DNA of 64,000 bases from Raja brachyura (Eukaryota), in assembly GCA_963514005.1 (NCBI GenBank), contig OY740804.1, positions 18,476,001 through 18,540,000 on the forward strand, given 5' to 3'. Numbering within the stretch: position 1 is the stretch's first letter; each line of letters starts with the position of its first letter. The position numbers were made by a program, and so were the translations under genes. The notes beneath the pieces are model-generated. The model did not search any database. It worked only from the letters and a program-made list of their open reading frames with translations, and was not told the DNA's origin. Below, one piece after another: positions 23,001 to 38,000 of this stretch.

Positions 23001-26000
23001 GAAAAGATTAAGTGCGAGGGTAAGATGGCCAAGGATACGAGAAGGATAGTAAAAGCTTATTTAGGTATGTAAAGAGAAAAATATTAATAAAGCCAAATGT
23101 GGGTCCCTTGAAGGCAGAACCAGGTGAAATTATTATAGGGAACAAGGAAATGGCAGAAGAGTTGAACAGGTTCTTTGGCTCTGTCTTCACTAAGGAAAGC
23201 ACAAACAATCTCCCAGATCTACTAGAGGACAGAAGATCTAGGGAGACAGAGGAACTGAAAGAAATTTGCATTGGGCGAGAAATAGTATTGAGTGGACTGA
23301 TGAGACTGAAGGCTGCTTAATCCCCATTATCCACCATAGGGTCTATTGGTGTGTATCCCTGGGTACCCAAGGAGGTGGCTCGAAATATCGCAGGCGCATC
23401 GATGACTATTTTCCAATGTTCTACACATTCAGGATCAGGTCCTGTGGATTGGAGGGTAGATAATGTTAACCCACTTTTCAAGAAAGGAGAGATAGAGAAA
23501 ACGGGGTATTATAGACCAATTAACCGGACCTCGGTGGTGGGGAAGATGCTGGAGTCAATAATTAAAGAAGTAATAACGGCGATTTGGATTGCAGTAAAAG
23601 GATTGGTCCAACTCAGCGTGGATTTATGAAGGGGAAATCCTGCTTGACTAGTCTTCTGGAATTTATTGAGGATATGACAAGTATGATGGATGAAGGAGAG
23701 CCATTGGATGTCGTGTATCTGGACTTTCAGAAAACCTTTGATAAGGTCCGACACTGGAGATTAGTGGGTACAATTAGAGCACATGATATTGGGGGTAGTC
23801 CATTGACATGGATAGAAAATTGGTTGGCAGACAGGAAACAAACAGTAGGAATAAACGGGTCCCTGTCAGAACGGCAGGCACTGGCGAGTGAAGTGCCGCA
23901 AGGTCGCTGCTGAGGCCGCAACTATTTACAATATGTATTAACGATTTTGATGATGGGATTAAAAGTAACACCAGCAAATTTGCAGATGACACGAAGCTGG
24001 GTCGCAGTGTGAACTGCGAAGAGGATGCTAGGAGGTTGCAGGGTGACATGGACAGGTTGAGCGATTGGGCAGATGCATAGCAGATGCAGTGTAATATAGA
24101 TAAATGTGAAGTTATCCACTTTGGCGGCAAGAACAAGGAGGCAGATTATTATCTCAATGGTGGCAGATTAGGAAAAAGGTAAGTACAACGGGACCTGGGT
24201 GTCCTTGTACACCAGTCACTGAACGTAAACATGCAGGTAGAGTAGGCAGTGAAGGAAGGTTGTGGCATATTGGCCTTCATGCCGATAGGATTTGAGTATA
24301 GGAGTAAAGAGGTCCTTTTGTAGTAGTACAGGACCCTGGTGAGTTCACATCTGGAGTATTGTGTGCAGTTTTGGTCTCCTAATTTGAGGAAGGACATCCA
24401 TGTTGTGGAGGCAGTGCAGCGTCGGTTGACGAAGTTAATCCACGGGATGGCGAGACTATCATATGAGGAAAGATTGGAAAGACTGGGCTTGTATTCACTG
24501 GGATTTAGAAGAGTGTGATGGGATTTATACAATTATACAACGTATACAATTATAAAAAGATTGGACAAGCTATATGCAGGAAAAATGTTCCCAATTTTGG
24601 GAGAGTCCACAACCAGGGACCCCCGCCTCAGAATATAGGGGAGACCATTTAAAAGTGAGATGAGAAAAAAAGTTGTCACCCAGAGAGTTGTGAATTTGTG
24701 GAATTCTCTGCACAGGAGGTAGTAGAGACCAATTCACTGGATGAAATTAAAAGAAAGTTAGAAAGAGCTCTGGTGGGCGAGCGGAATCAAGGGATATGGG
24801 GAGAAGGCAGGCACGAGTTACTGATTGTGAATGATCAGCTATGATCGCAATGAATGACGGTGCAGGCTCAAAGGGCCGAAATGGCGACCTCATGCATCTA
24901 TTTTTCTATGTTTCTAAGTAAGTAAATAATTAAGTTTATTGGCCAAGTATTCACATACAAGGAATTTGCCTTGGTGCTCTGCCCACAAGTAACAACATGA
25001 CATACAGTGACAGTTACGAATGACTCAGAAAACACTAAACATTAATAATAATAAAACATAAATGACAATAAACCATTGATCAAGCATGTAAACCAACAAA
25101 ATACCAGATCAAGGGGAGGCTACTGTTTTTCGGCTGTTGAGTAGAGCAACTACTCAGTTCTCGCGTTCTCGCGTGGATAACATCTGTTTTTATGTCTGGC
25201 TGTGGCAGCTTTGACAATCCGGAGTCGCCTTCCAGAGGGAAGTCATTCAAAGAGTTTGTGGCCAGGGTGATAGGGCTCGGAGATGACCTTGCCCGCTCAC
25301 ATCCTGGCCCTTGCAGTGTACAGTTCGTCAATGGAGGGAAGGATGCAGCCAATAATCTTCTCTGCTGATCGGACGATTCCCTGCAGCCTCCAGGTGGCGT
25401 GCTTGGTGGCTGAGCTGAACCAGACCATGATGGAGAACGTGAGAACTGACTCTACTATGGCCGTGTAAAATTGGACCATCATTGCCTGTGCAGATTGTGC
25501 TTCCTCAGCTGCCGTAGGAAGTACATCTTCTGTTGTGCCTTTTTGATTTGTGGAGTCGATGGTAGCCCCCCACTTGAGGTCCTTGGAGATGATAGTTGCA
25601 AGGAACTTACAAGACTGCACAGATGTGACTGTGGTGTTGTTGATGGTGAGTGCGGTGAGGAGGAGCTCTCCTAAAGTTAACAATCAATTCCACTGCCTTA
25701 AGTGCTTTGAGCTCTAGGTTGTTGCTATGGCACCTGGACGCCAGCTGTGACACTTCCTATCTGAAAGCAGATTCCTCCCAGATTCCTCTGGATCAGTCCA
25801 ATCAGGGTTGATTCGTCCGCAAACTTGAGAAGCTTGACAGAGGTGGCTGTGGAGGTGCAGTCGTTGGTGTAGAGAAAGTAGAGAAGAGGAGAGAGTGCAC
25901 AGCCTTGCGGTGCTCCTATGTTGAGCGTTTGCGGGTCCGAGATGTGCTTTCCCACCCTCACATGCTGCTTCCTATCTGTCAGGAAGGTGGTTATCCACTG

Positions 26001-29000
26001 ACAGAGGGGTTCAGGCACAGACAACTCGGAAAGTATGGAGTGTAGTAGCTCTGGCACAATGGTGTTGAATGCAGAGCTAAAATCAACAAACAGGATCCTC
26101 GCATAGGTGCCCTGGCGGTCTAGGTGCTATAGGACGAAGTGCAGGCCCACATTGACTGCATCATTCACAGATCTATATGCAAACTGCAGAGGGTCCAGCA
26201 GGGAGTTTGTGATGTTTTTCAGTTTGGCCGGCAGAAGCCTTTCGAGTGTCTTCATGACTACATAGGTCAGTGCGACAGGCCACTAGTCATTAAGACAAGT
26301 AATCGTTGCCTTTTTGGGTACAGGACAATAGTGGTGACTTTGAAGCAGGTTACAAAATGTCTGTATATACCGGTGCCAGCTGTTTGGCACAGAGTTGAAG
26401 AGTAGAGGGGGAAACATTGCCAGATCCTGGAGTTTTCTGGCTCTTTTGTCCTCTGAAAAGCCTCTCCACCTCTAATTTAATTGTTGATATTGGATCAGTT
26501 ATGTTGTGCAGCACAGATGGTGTGGGTGATCGGGATTGGAGGGGGTGGGTGTAGAAAGGCCCAGTCTTTGCAGACTAAGGTCAGGCTGTGAATGGGGTGA
26601 ACTGTTGGTTGTGGTGGGAAATGGTCCAATCTTTGCATACTGGAGTCTTGCCTTAAGTGAAGCGTTGAATGGGAAGGAGAGGGTTCAGTGTCCATTCTTT
26701 GTAGACTGGGGTCTGTCTGTGTTGGTTGGGGGTGGGGGGGGGGGGTACCAGGGTTACGTTTCTGATTTTCAAACCTGCAGTAAACCTCATTCAGGTCGTT
26801 GGTCAGCTAACTATTGTCCAAAGAGCGGGGGGCATTCCACTTGTAGCTGGTAATTTCATGCAAGCCCTTCCAAACTGAAGAAGAGTCACTAGCTGAGAAC
26901 TTGCTCCTCAAGTTCTCAGAGTGCCTTTCTTTGGCAGCTCTGATTTTCTCTTTCTTTCATGCTCCCCCCCCCCCCCACCCCCAATTTATTTAACCCCTGT
27001 GCCCTCCTCTGTTGAGTTCTAAATTGCCCCCACGCTTCTGGTTTGACGATTCATCTGGCCAATTTATATGCCTCTTCCTTGGTTTTAACACTATCCTTGA
27101 CTTTCCTCGACAGCCACGGTTGAGCCATCTTACCAGATTTATTTTTTCTCCATACAGGGTTGAACAATTTCTGGAGTTCATCCATGCGGTCTTTAAATCT
27201 TTGCCATTGCATCTTCGCTGTCAACCCTTTAAGTATAATCTGCCAGACTATGCAAGTCAATTCCAGTTTCATAACTTCAAAGTCTCCTTTATTCAAGTTC
27301 AGGTCCCTAGTCTCTGTATTAACCGTGTCACTCTCCATCCGAATGCGAAATTCCACCATATTATGATCACTGTTGCCCATGAGGCCTTGTATAACAACCC
27401 AAGGGGCTTGCACAACAGTAATTATTAATTCACTTCATACGATACGATACGATACGATAAGATACGATAATACTTTATTCATCCTCGGGGGGAAATTGGT
27501 CTTCCGACAGCCATAAAACACAAGCTACACAAAAACATGAAATTAAAAGTGAACACAAAAATAAAAGAGAAGAGAATGTTGGCTGACTGCCGTGCGCAAA
27601 ATGCCTTCACCGGAACAAACGAACACAAGTAAACACAGACTTATCCCCTCGGCAGATCATTCTAAACTAGAGCGTAGATACATAATCGCCTTACTTCATC
27701 CCGATTGCACAAACCGTCATAACCGTTCACCGATGTTGCTCATCAGTCACCACGCAATCTGTTTCCTCTAATATGTTATTTTAATACCAAAACTTACGGT
27801 CGCCTGACAGCAATATGGATTTAACTTCCCTAACTAGGCTGGTAGCAAGCATGGATCGTCGCGAACGTGATGAAATTATCCGCAGTTCCATCAGTTTTGG
27901 TTAGGGCAGTAATGAGAACAACAGGAGAATGAACTACACTGCAGGACTGTGTCGCATTACTGGTGTAACAAAGTGTTTGCATTAATTCCATGTGGCGTGT
28001 ATGATTATGTTTCACTCTTATTTGGATCGTTGAGTGAAAATTAGATTGTGTTTATAGTGGATGAATAAGCTGTGAGATTCAACATAGAGCATGCGCGTTG
28101 GCAAATTATGAGTATTTTGAATTTATTGAAAATAATTAAACGCAAAAGTATACTTGTTTGTTGAATGGATTCTTTACATTGTAAACTTTAGAGAAATAGC
28201 GCGAAAACACGCCAATCAATCAATAATCAATCAAGCCAATCAATCTATAAAACCGTACATTTTGCATTGTGGGTAAAATTGGGGGCACCCCGTTAACACC
28301 TACGTGGTCATAGGGAGAAAGTATAGACTCTGAACAGGCACTACCCCAAGTCAGGATCGAACGCGTGGCCCTGGCGCTGCGAGGGAGCAGGAACGCCATT
28401 GTGCCGCCATCTGCTGGTTCCCGGAGAATGTTGAATTAATAACAGGTGGAACTGTATGATACTGAACGAATCTGCTCATTTACAGGAAATATGCTCGCTA
28501 TTTCACTTGCGTCTTATGAGACAGTATCATTTCAGAAGTTGTGTCAGTTATGTGAGGGTGCCCGACACATTCCTGTTTTGTTCTTTGAACAATGTGTTAG
28601 AAGTGGAAATTTACTGCCTGATCTTCCTTTCTTTAGTTACGTTAATTACTAACTATGCTCTCTATATTGTTCAATCACGACTGTGTGGACAAACTGTGAT
28701 GGTCGCACTGTGATGGACTGGATCCGGACGAGGGGAAGTATTGAAATGATATAGAGAAGTTACCAACTTGGTGTTTGACAGCAAACTGCCCCTCGACCCC
28801 AAGCCAAATGAGCTGGTTACCGACTTCAGGAACCGTAGCGTAGTACATGCCCAAGCCAGCATCACGGTTGCCGAAGTCGAAATGCTTGAGAGCTTCACAT
28901 TCCTCGGCATTAAGATTACCAGCGAATTGCCGTGGATATATTTTACTTATTTTATCAACGCGCCGCCATTCCGTTCCATACACAGTATTCAATTGTTTGG

Positions 29001-32000
29001 TACTTAGAGAGCGCGGGATATGTAATATTAGAACATTTTTGTGTGCTCATGTGCAGATACAGTGTCAGAAGGATTTAGGAATTAGTATTATGCATGAACA
29101 AATTATTGTTTGACAGTAGCATAAGGTAGTTTTAAGGAGTAAATTGAATACAAATCGATGTCAGAGACTGCCGCGAGGAGCAACTGCAATAAATGTTATC
29201 TCATATATTTTGGCCGAAGAATACGAACTAATTTTTCATACTTGCCTTCGTCACATTGTCCTTGTTGCCTTTCTGAGAAGCATTAAAGAAAACCAAATCG
29301 TTGCACAACTGAAATGTACACTTGCATCAAAGTACTGGTTTACACGCAATTCACTAACTTTCGACGTCATTGCATGGGTTTAGTCCCATGCAACGACCGT
29401 TAATAATTTTGAAATGTTTCATTGGAAGTTCAAATTTTGTTGTTCTGAAAAGCCCCAAAAAGCTAAAACGACGTACATGTCTGCATTGAAAACCTGCCCC
29501 CTCACACATGTATGCTCTCCATTCGAGAGTACATATTTGAAGCACCCTTACTTGCAATATCAAGATCTATTTTCAGTGTATCGATTTCTGCAAAAGAAAC
29601 AATAATCCTTTGTTGATATTTGTTGCTTAAAATATACCTGCAAAATACATAGACTGTAGTACAGTTCATCTACTTCACAGATAGAAGGTCCGCACTTTTC
29701 TGCATATCCATGAACAGATACACAAAGCAGGGCGGAAACGGCTTCAAATATTTCCTTGGTTGTACAGGTGGTTAAAATGAGAGAGCTAACCATAATTTTT
29801 CTAAGTTCTCAGTGGCATACTCAGCTACAGCAAAGCAAAATAATATCATGGCTGTTAAACAGATTACGTGTAAAATACCATAATGCGAATACCAAGGGGA
29901 TGAAGAAGTGATAGAGAACAATGGGAAGCGGACAGATTATTTCTGGAAATGTTTTTACTTAAAACTGAATGGATATGTAATAGTGCAGGTAGAAATCGCA
30001 TGATGATTACCAGTGTAATTAAGTAGGAAAATATAATATACATCATCTTAGTCAGACCACGAAGAATAATCGAATGGCTATTGCTGTGGCACCTCACAGT
30101 TCCACTCTGTTCGCTCGTTCTTCGGCGTACAGTGGTAAGGGTGGCGATAAAGGAGAGAGCATAATTTATGATTCCACGGGGGAAAAGGTTTAACGTACAC
30201 CGGAGGCAGATTTTTGCTTCGAAGTGATTTGGTGTGCTATGTTGGAATAGCTATGGAGATACCTATGGCATTTCCGACAGGATAGTTGATTTGGAGAATA
30301 ACAGACTATGGAAACTGCTGCAACCGATAAACTGCTGTAAGATCTAAGCAGAGCAAGCAGCACCTGTGGAGGAAAAGCCAGTTCAACAAAAGGGAAAAAG
30401 TAAACTAAACGTGCACGTTCTCATACTTATGTTTGCTATTTATATATGGTTGATAAATGCTCTTTTGATCAGCAAGGAATCGGGCATCAAGTATCAAAGA
30501 TATTCCCCGAAATTACAGTAGGGATAAAGATACATAGAAGCCTACGTACATTAACAAATTAAACAACTCTCGCAATTAGAACATTTCTTCGAAGAAAGAA
30601 TGAGCTGCATAAAATGGAAACTTTTCAACAATCTGGCATTACTTGTCAAGAAATCGAGTTATCCAGCCAATCAATCAAATTTATCTAAGATATGGTTTGA
30701 AATTACAATTTATTAACTCCAATAGAAAACTGAATGATTAACATGGAACGGAGAAGTGGAACACGGACATTTCATTTCAGCTTAGCAAAATGGAACAGGT
30801 GGAATGCCACGAACATCTGTGTCGTAGCGTTGTCGTTCGATAGTTCATTGTAATGTTCTGAATATGGGCAGCGGAAATTCGTTCGATATTTTCTTCACGT
30901 CAAAAACGTAGCTAGAAAACACAATTAGCGAACGACGCTCAAGTGAGATAGATTGGCAATGGATATTGAATTGGATGAAATTTAAAAAGTTATTGCCACA
31001 TGTGACAAGACACAGTGAAATTCTTTGCTTGCATACCCAAGGTATGCAAATAGTTGCCACGTAAAAGGCGTCAAGAAAGTATCTCGCGCCACAAAGTATC
31101 CTTTGTTCTATCCCTACCCCCCCCCCCCCCCTCACGACCTCCTTCGCCCCCCCCCCCCCCCCCCCGCCGTACCCACTCGCCTGGTTCTCCCCCCTCATGT
31201 CGGTTCCACGCCGGGACCTACTTTGTTCTCCTTCCTCTTCCTCCCCTCACGGCGAACCCCCGTCGCCGGGTCGCATGCCCCTTCACGGCGGCCCCGTCAC
31301 GCCGGATCCTCCTAACTTATATGACTAGGATCGTTTATATGACTAGGTAAAGAGTACATTCGCGCAGACTATTCTGCAAATCTGTCGATTCCAGGCAAGG
31401 AAAGAAGAACACGAAATTGATTTCTATTTTAACTGTTTGCTACGCCCTCTGGTGCCGAAGATTATCCTTGTCCCAGTAGATAATTCACAACATTTATGTA
31501 TTCGACCAATGTAATTGACGAGAAACCATAACAGGATGTCATAAGTAGACGAATTTAATATAAAAGCGGAGAGAAACACGTCATTTACAACGGCCCGTGT
31601 TGCCTCCACACCAGGAACTTTTGTGTACTATATAGTGGTCCTTACTTAAGGAAAGATGCAACCTCAAAGTCAGAGGTTCCAAGAGAAGCTGTCCAGGAAT
31701 AACACGTTGAATTTGGGAGATTTCTTGTGGAGAAAGTTATGGTAGGCTATATCGTTTTTATACAACGTATTGTGTTAAATTATAGAAAATACTGAGTCAA
31801 TGTGGGATTACTGGTGCACGTTTCCCAAAAGGTTGCAGGTTGAATAAGTGGTGAGGAAGACAAATGCAATAGTATATTTTATCTCGAGAAGAATATAAAA
31901 ACAGAGATGTAATGCTGAGGTTTTATGTCACTATTCAGACCTCATTTGGGCCCCATATCCGAGGAGGGATGTGCTGGCATTGGAGAGGGTCTAGACCAGG

Positions 32001-35000
32001 TTTACGATAATGATCCTGGGGGTTGTCGGTTTACCGTATGATTAGCGTTTGACGGCTCTGGGTCTGTACTCGCTGGAGAATAGACTGAGGGGTGACTTCA
32101 TGTAAATTTGAATAGCCTGTGAGCAATGGCAGAGCCTCGGAATAAAGAACGTACCACGAAAAAGGAGATAAGGAGGAATTTCTTTAGTCAGTTGGAGGTA
32201 AGGCTATGGAATTCATTGCCACAGATCGCTGAGAAGATCAACTCATTGATTATTTTAAAGCGGAAATTGACAGGTGATTGGTTAGTAAGGGAATCAAAGG
32301 TTATAGGGAGACGACATGAGAATGTATTTGAGAGGCAAATATATATATATCAGCCATGATTGAAATGCGGAGTGGATTCGATGGATCGAAATGCCCAATT
32401 CTGTGAATTATGAACCTATCAATTTTCATGATGTGGATATATTTTTTTCGTTATGGGGCGATATAGATATACGTATCAATATTTAACCATGAACATTTTG
32501 AGGCAGTAATGGGAGGATGAGGCTTGGCTGTATAACATTCTCGTTAAAAGACACTGGAAGCAGTAGCTTTTGAGGTTTTCCTGCAGGGAAGTTTGTGATT
32601 GCACGTTGCCGCAGTTATAAACAAATACGCAGATAAGACAACAATTAGAACGGTAATCCAGGTGGAAGATTGAACTTCTGGTGCAACTGGGCTATTTGTC
32701 ATGTTAGCTAGCATATTTATATATTCTTGGGCGATTTACTGTGGAGTTAGAATCAATTTATTGCACATATTTTCTCTTTTGGCTGCCAATCAACAGCAGC
32801 AACGTAGCTCACGGTGCGAATGAGCAGAATCGCAAATCGGTGCGAATGAGCAGAATCGCAAATCGTTAGCAAATATGACATATGAATTATGACATCTCCA
32901 ATTTCTTTATATGTTCAGTATAAAATGGCTGACAACGAATTAACGGAGCGCTAAAATCCCGATCAGAATGGGAAATTTCAATGAATGACAAGTATTTGAA
33001 ATGAGACCTATACTCAGACACAGGAAATTAATACTCTTGTCATTAAAGACCCTTTTGGGTACATGGTCTATCCCGCATTTGTGGTTGTTCATCTCGGAAA
33101 TGGGACATGGGAATGAAGAGACATTTCATCGCTTAGAACTTCTCACAGTTTTGAATATTGCTGAGGTCCCAGCCAACCCGGATCAATGATACCGCACACA
33201 CAGCCGTGTATCTTGCACGCATGCACAGAAGATGCAGAGCGGTTGACCAGTGGAATTTGACTTTATAAAGGCTTCAATGTAAAAAAAAAAACACACATGT
33301 ACCATGTAATATGAACGAGGGCAGACGAAATATAATATGCAAGATGTGAAGTCAGGTAACCTGTCGGGAAGTACATGGAAAGCAATATTATTTATCCTTA
33401 CAAGTTGAAAAAATCAATATGCATGATTTCTATAATGACGGGACTTTCAGACTGTCCCCATTCAAATGCAGGCTGTATACGGTATGGTACTTTTTTTTTT
33501 CCAAGGTCAGTACAGGAGTTGCGACGTTCGTTTTAATCCTATAAGTCCGGTTGATTTCACGGCTGGAAACGGAGTGCTAACCAATAACGAAAAAATGCCA
33601 AATTGAATATGAACACTACGTTCAGCAGATTAGTTTCTGGGATAATGCGGGCCATGCACTGCAGATAGGGTTCAGTGTAGTGGCCATTTGGCTTGTTTTG
33701 TGTGTTATTGATTATGGCATGTGTCTTTAAATTTTAGATTGCCAGTTATTATGTGGGTGGGTTTTATGACATATTCTAGGGCGTGTTTCGAGCTACGTTT
33801 CTTGCGCAGAAGCTTAATCTTTAGTTTAGTTTTGGTCCAGCATGAGGAAGGTATACCCTTTGACCATGTGAAGTGTAAGGGAGACACGGTAAGTTTTCTA
33901 ACCTTTAAAGCGATACGCTGGAGTTTGACGAAGATTATAGTGTAAAAGTCGGAAAAAGATCAGATGTGTACCTTATTGTTTTTCATCAACAATAAAGAAT
34001 GTATTAATCAATAGACAGTGTTATGAAGATTTATCTGTGAAGAAGCTCAAGGTCTCTGAATAAAAACTCACGTGCGTATAGCGACATTCTCCTAATCATG
34101 TAGTCCACTTAGTGGCCAGCGGGAATAATCTCTTGAACGGCATAAAAATCTGCCGCTACAGTCAGTTACCGCCATGTGAAACTCAACCCAGTCTGCTTCC
34201 ATACTGACAATGCAATTAATGTATTTGAAAACGTATATCAAGAAAGAATACTATATTTATTTTCAGCATATTGAATATGCACAAGCACCTCAACACATCG
34301 ACATTATTTAAGAGAACGATGGCACAACAAGAAACGACCACCTTCGTTAACCCTTTGACGCCCATGGACGATTCATTCAGAGGAACGCAATAGCGACAGA
34401 TTAGCTAGCAAACCGATGCTCTAATTCAGAGAGACAAACTGTACCACATCCAATTATGTTCAGAGACAAAGCGAAGCGAAGGGAAGGGCGGTGGTTTGTA
34501 TTTGTATTGTGCACCACAGTGCGCTAGCGCAACCGTCCTTAAAATAAAACGTCAGCCACACCTGTTACATGTATATGATTCAGCGTAGATTTCGTATGAT
34601 CTAGTACATTGTTATCAATCAGGTTTCTGTGATTATTCCACAATTTTCAACATGATTCCATTGCCAAAACGTTTACCTAAGTTGTTTTCAAGAAGTATTT
34701 GATCTGTATCATGATTTAAAAAAAAGCAGAATAGCAATTGGACAACCATGAGTGGTAAGTAATGGAGCCACGCAACCATTTATTCCTTCTGGTACTGACG
34801 AACAATGATTACGTCTTCAAGCTAACTACCGTTAATGCACTGCTTTCTCTGGAAGCGTGTTCCGAATTTAAGAACTCCAGCACCAAGAAATGACAATAGA
34901 TTACTTGCTCTGGGAACAAAAACATCGATGTTTCTGCAGTTCACAAGTTAGATTCACTTGTAAGCCAACTGCTTTTATCTGTCATCGTTAAATGAATAGC

Positions 35001-38000
35001 GTTCATGTCGGGCGAGCTTTGATGACCAGACAACTCTTTCACATACTGCCAGAATTGAAAAGATTTCACACAAATACTGAGGGGAGACATTGACTACATG
35101 TTACCTACCAAGTTTGTATCCAATAATAGAGGATGCATATAAAGAAATCCCGGAAACTGGCATACCCATCACGTATTTGTGCCATGCACCCGACAATAAG
35201 ATTTCTAATAGATAATCTACCGAACGTATGTTCATACTGTGTATAATTATATTACGTGCGGAAGTGGATATTTGTCGGATCCAGCTGAGCAGTGTTTGAG
35301 AAAGACATGAACAACAAGGATGTTCCCCTTTAACGAAATGTCTTCGTAAGTTATAAGATACAGGTGCATAATGTCGTAATTGTTTTCTGAAGTGTAAATA
35401 GATCATGGGGTGGACATTCGCAGAAGGTGAAAGAAACATATTCACGGTTACATTTACGGATACTTCAGGCTATGATAAAAAGGAAGAACATGGTTATGTA
35501 TGGGGTAGTTGCGTCCAGGAGTTCAATCTGTGTACGTGTGGTGACAAAAGAGAGCACCATTGTGATCAATACAAATTAAACGGTCAGCCATAGTTTAGGT
35601 GAATGCGTGAACTGGAATTGCCAACATAGTTAAAACAAGCCTCTCTCTTAGACGGTTTCGACTCAACCATTTATCATTCTGCACAGTCAAACTATGGATT
35701 CGTTATATCCAAACAATTCTTAACAATCCTGACCTTTTTGTTGCAGTTCGTTTTTCATTTTCTGTATATCTGTGAAGCAAATAACATACATAAGCAATTT
35801 ACGAATAATCAATGCATGATAAATGTATTTAATGTATTTGGAATTAGCAAAGACTCCCATTCATTAACGGATGCTGATGTAGTTAATTTAAATCAAGTTT
35901 ATCTTTCTGATAATAAGTTTACTACATGCACGGCAATAGTTTACGTGTAAAAAGGAGTTGGTCAGAATAAAGTGAACCCTGACCGTGAAGCGATATAAAT
36001 GTGCCTTGATTGAGAACCGTCAGTTTGTTAACACACTATTCCAATTTATTGCCTGGGATCTAAGGTTTGGGCGGAGATCACAATAACATTCCGCGGTGTA
36101 TGTTAAAAACTAACGTGGCATTAGCCGCTGGTATCTCCAAAAACAACATACATTAACATGTTTTCGTATTCAGTTAAAAATGACGTATATGCATTGTTTT
36201 CTGTTTTTGTGCTCATTAACCACTTCTATTGAACGTTGGTGAAATGTGGGCGGGAGAGGGGCAGAGGGCAGAGAGCAGCCAAGTTATATGTGTCAGATTT
36301 TCTGTCGGTGCATAAAGTAAATAATTATTTGCAACCTTACCTCCCAATTGATCAACCAGCATTCTTACTGCAATAAGTAGATGAATATATTCATTTTATT
36401 CGTAAATTGTGCATGCTATAGCAACAAGTTTAGCCCAAGTTTGCTGTTATCCAGTGTTTATATTCGTATTCGTTTTATAAGCCTGAGATCATTTGGCAGA
36501 CGCTTCACATCCAGCAGACGAGGGGGATCTGTTGGGTCATGTCTTAGGCTGAGGGAAAAGATCGACCCCGTGCCCTATGGTGCATTACACCAGGTCTACG
36601 AAGAATATTGTATGCCGTTTCTTGCACTCAATCACTGCCCTTTGATTGATAAACATGGAGAGCATCCGGAGGAATGGACATGGACGAAAAGAAGGACTCG
36701 CAGTTATCTTTGTTCGCATTACTTTAACGGCTCTCAACTCAGCAAACCATGTCGTTCGTTTTGACAGTAGGGAAGGGACAAAAAACTTCGGTTCAATGTA
36801 CCTGATACCCGAGACGACGGATAATGGAGAGATAAGTGCACTGCCCGTGTGATTACCATGAGGAATTAAATGGCTTATTAACCATGAATTAGCTCACAGG
36901 AATGCTAACATTTCCCAAGCGGGTTCCCATATCACAGTCAGAACATGCAGCTGTAATTGCAATAATTCGAAAAGCACCTAACATGTAACAACAAAAAACG
37001 TTTTTCCTGTTGCCAACAGATGCTCACTATAAAGTACACTAACGCACTGACAGAAATAACGTTAAATTGCTCAAAATCTGTGGTGGGAATGAACAGAAAC
37101 CGTTTCTGGTCAAAATATTTCTTCATTCTGATTGTAAAAGGGGCGGGGTGTGGGCATGACGATATCTGGCAAGACATAGATCGATGCAGATGACTGTGGT
37201 GTCATTGGGTGGCAGATGGGCGGAATGAGCGATGAAGGCTAGATACGAAAGGGTAACACATTCGCGAGAGAAGATAAATAAAATGTAAAGCCAGAGGTAG
37301 GGATGTAAATGGATGGGGACAGGGGGAGGAAAACTAGGAGAGGTGAAGGGCACCAGTGTTGCAGAAAGTCGCAAAGGGAACAGAGAGGCGTTTGGGGGTA
37401 TAATATGTTGTTGAACAATTAAATTATCATTTTGGAGGAACTACACTTATGCTGACTGGTGCGCTAACAACTTAACGGATGGACATTGGATTCACTTATT
37501 GCAACTAATACACCTCACCCTTTCTCTCTTTCTTATGCCCAACCATTCTGTTGAGTACCCATCTCTCCCTCTAAATTCACAGTGCTCATTTCCCCACCAT
37601 CTTGCACTCATCTCGAATTCCCGATATTTATTTCCCTTTTGCCTCCCATCCCTTTCATTCTCCATGTCCCCTTGTGCCCATAATCATCCATGTTGCTCTA
37701 AATGTGACTTCACATCTCACCTTACCTAACACATGCGTGCTCCTCTCTTTCATCTACAGACTTTGTAAGTAACTCCACCATCTGCCAAGCAAACACCCTC
37801 AGCTATTTCCTGTCATAAATTACAGGGCTTTGTCTTGCTCCTCTTCCTTGTTCTAACCCTCACGATTCTACATTCAGTCTGCGTCCAGGTACAGTCCCGA
37901 AAGGCGGTCTGTCCATACCCTTCGCAGTCGTGGCCTGCTACGCGCAAGTACTCCAAAACTTTGCGATTTGCTCAAGTTACTCGTATCTGCATTTCCTCGT

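Noticed and set aside
34493-34521. RSS-like ggtttgtat...cacagtg
   Set aside because: 13-nt spacer, imperfect nonamer and no adjacent coding segment.
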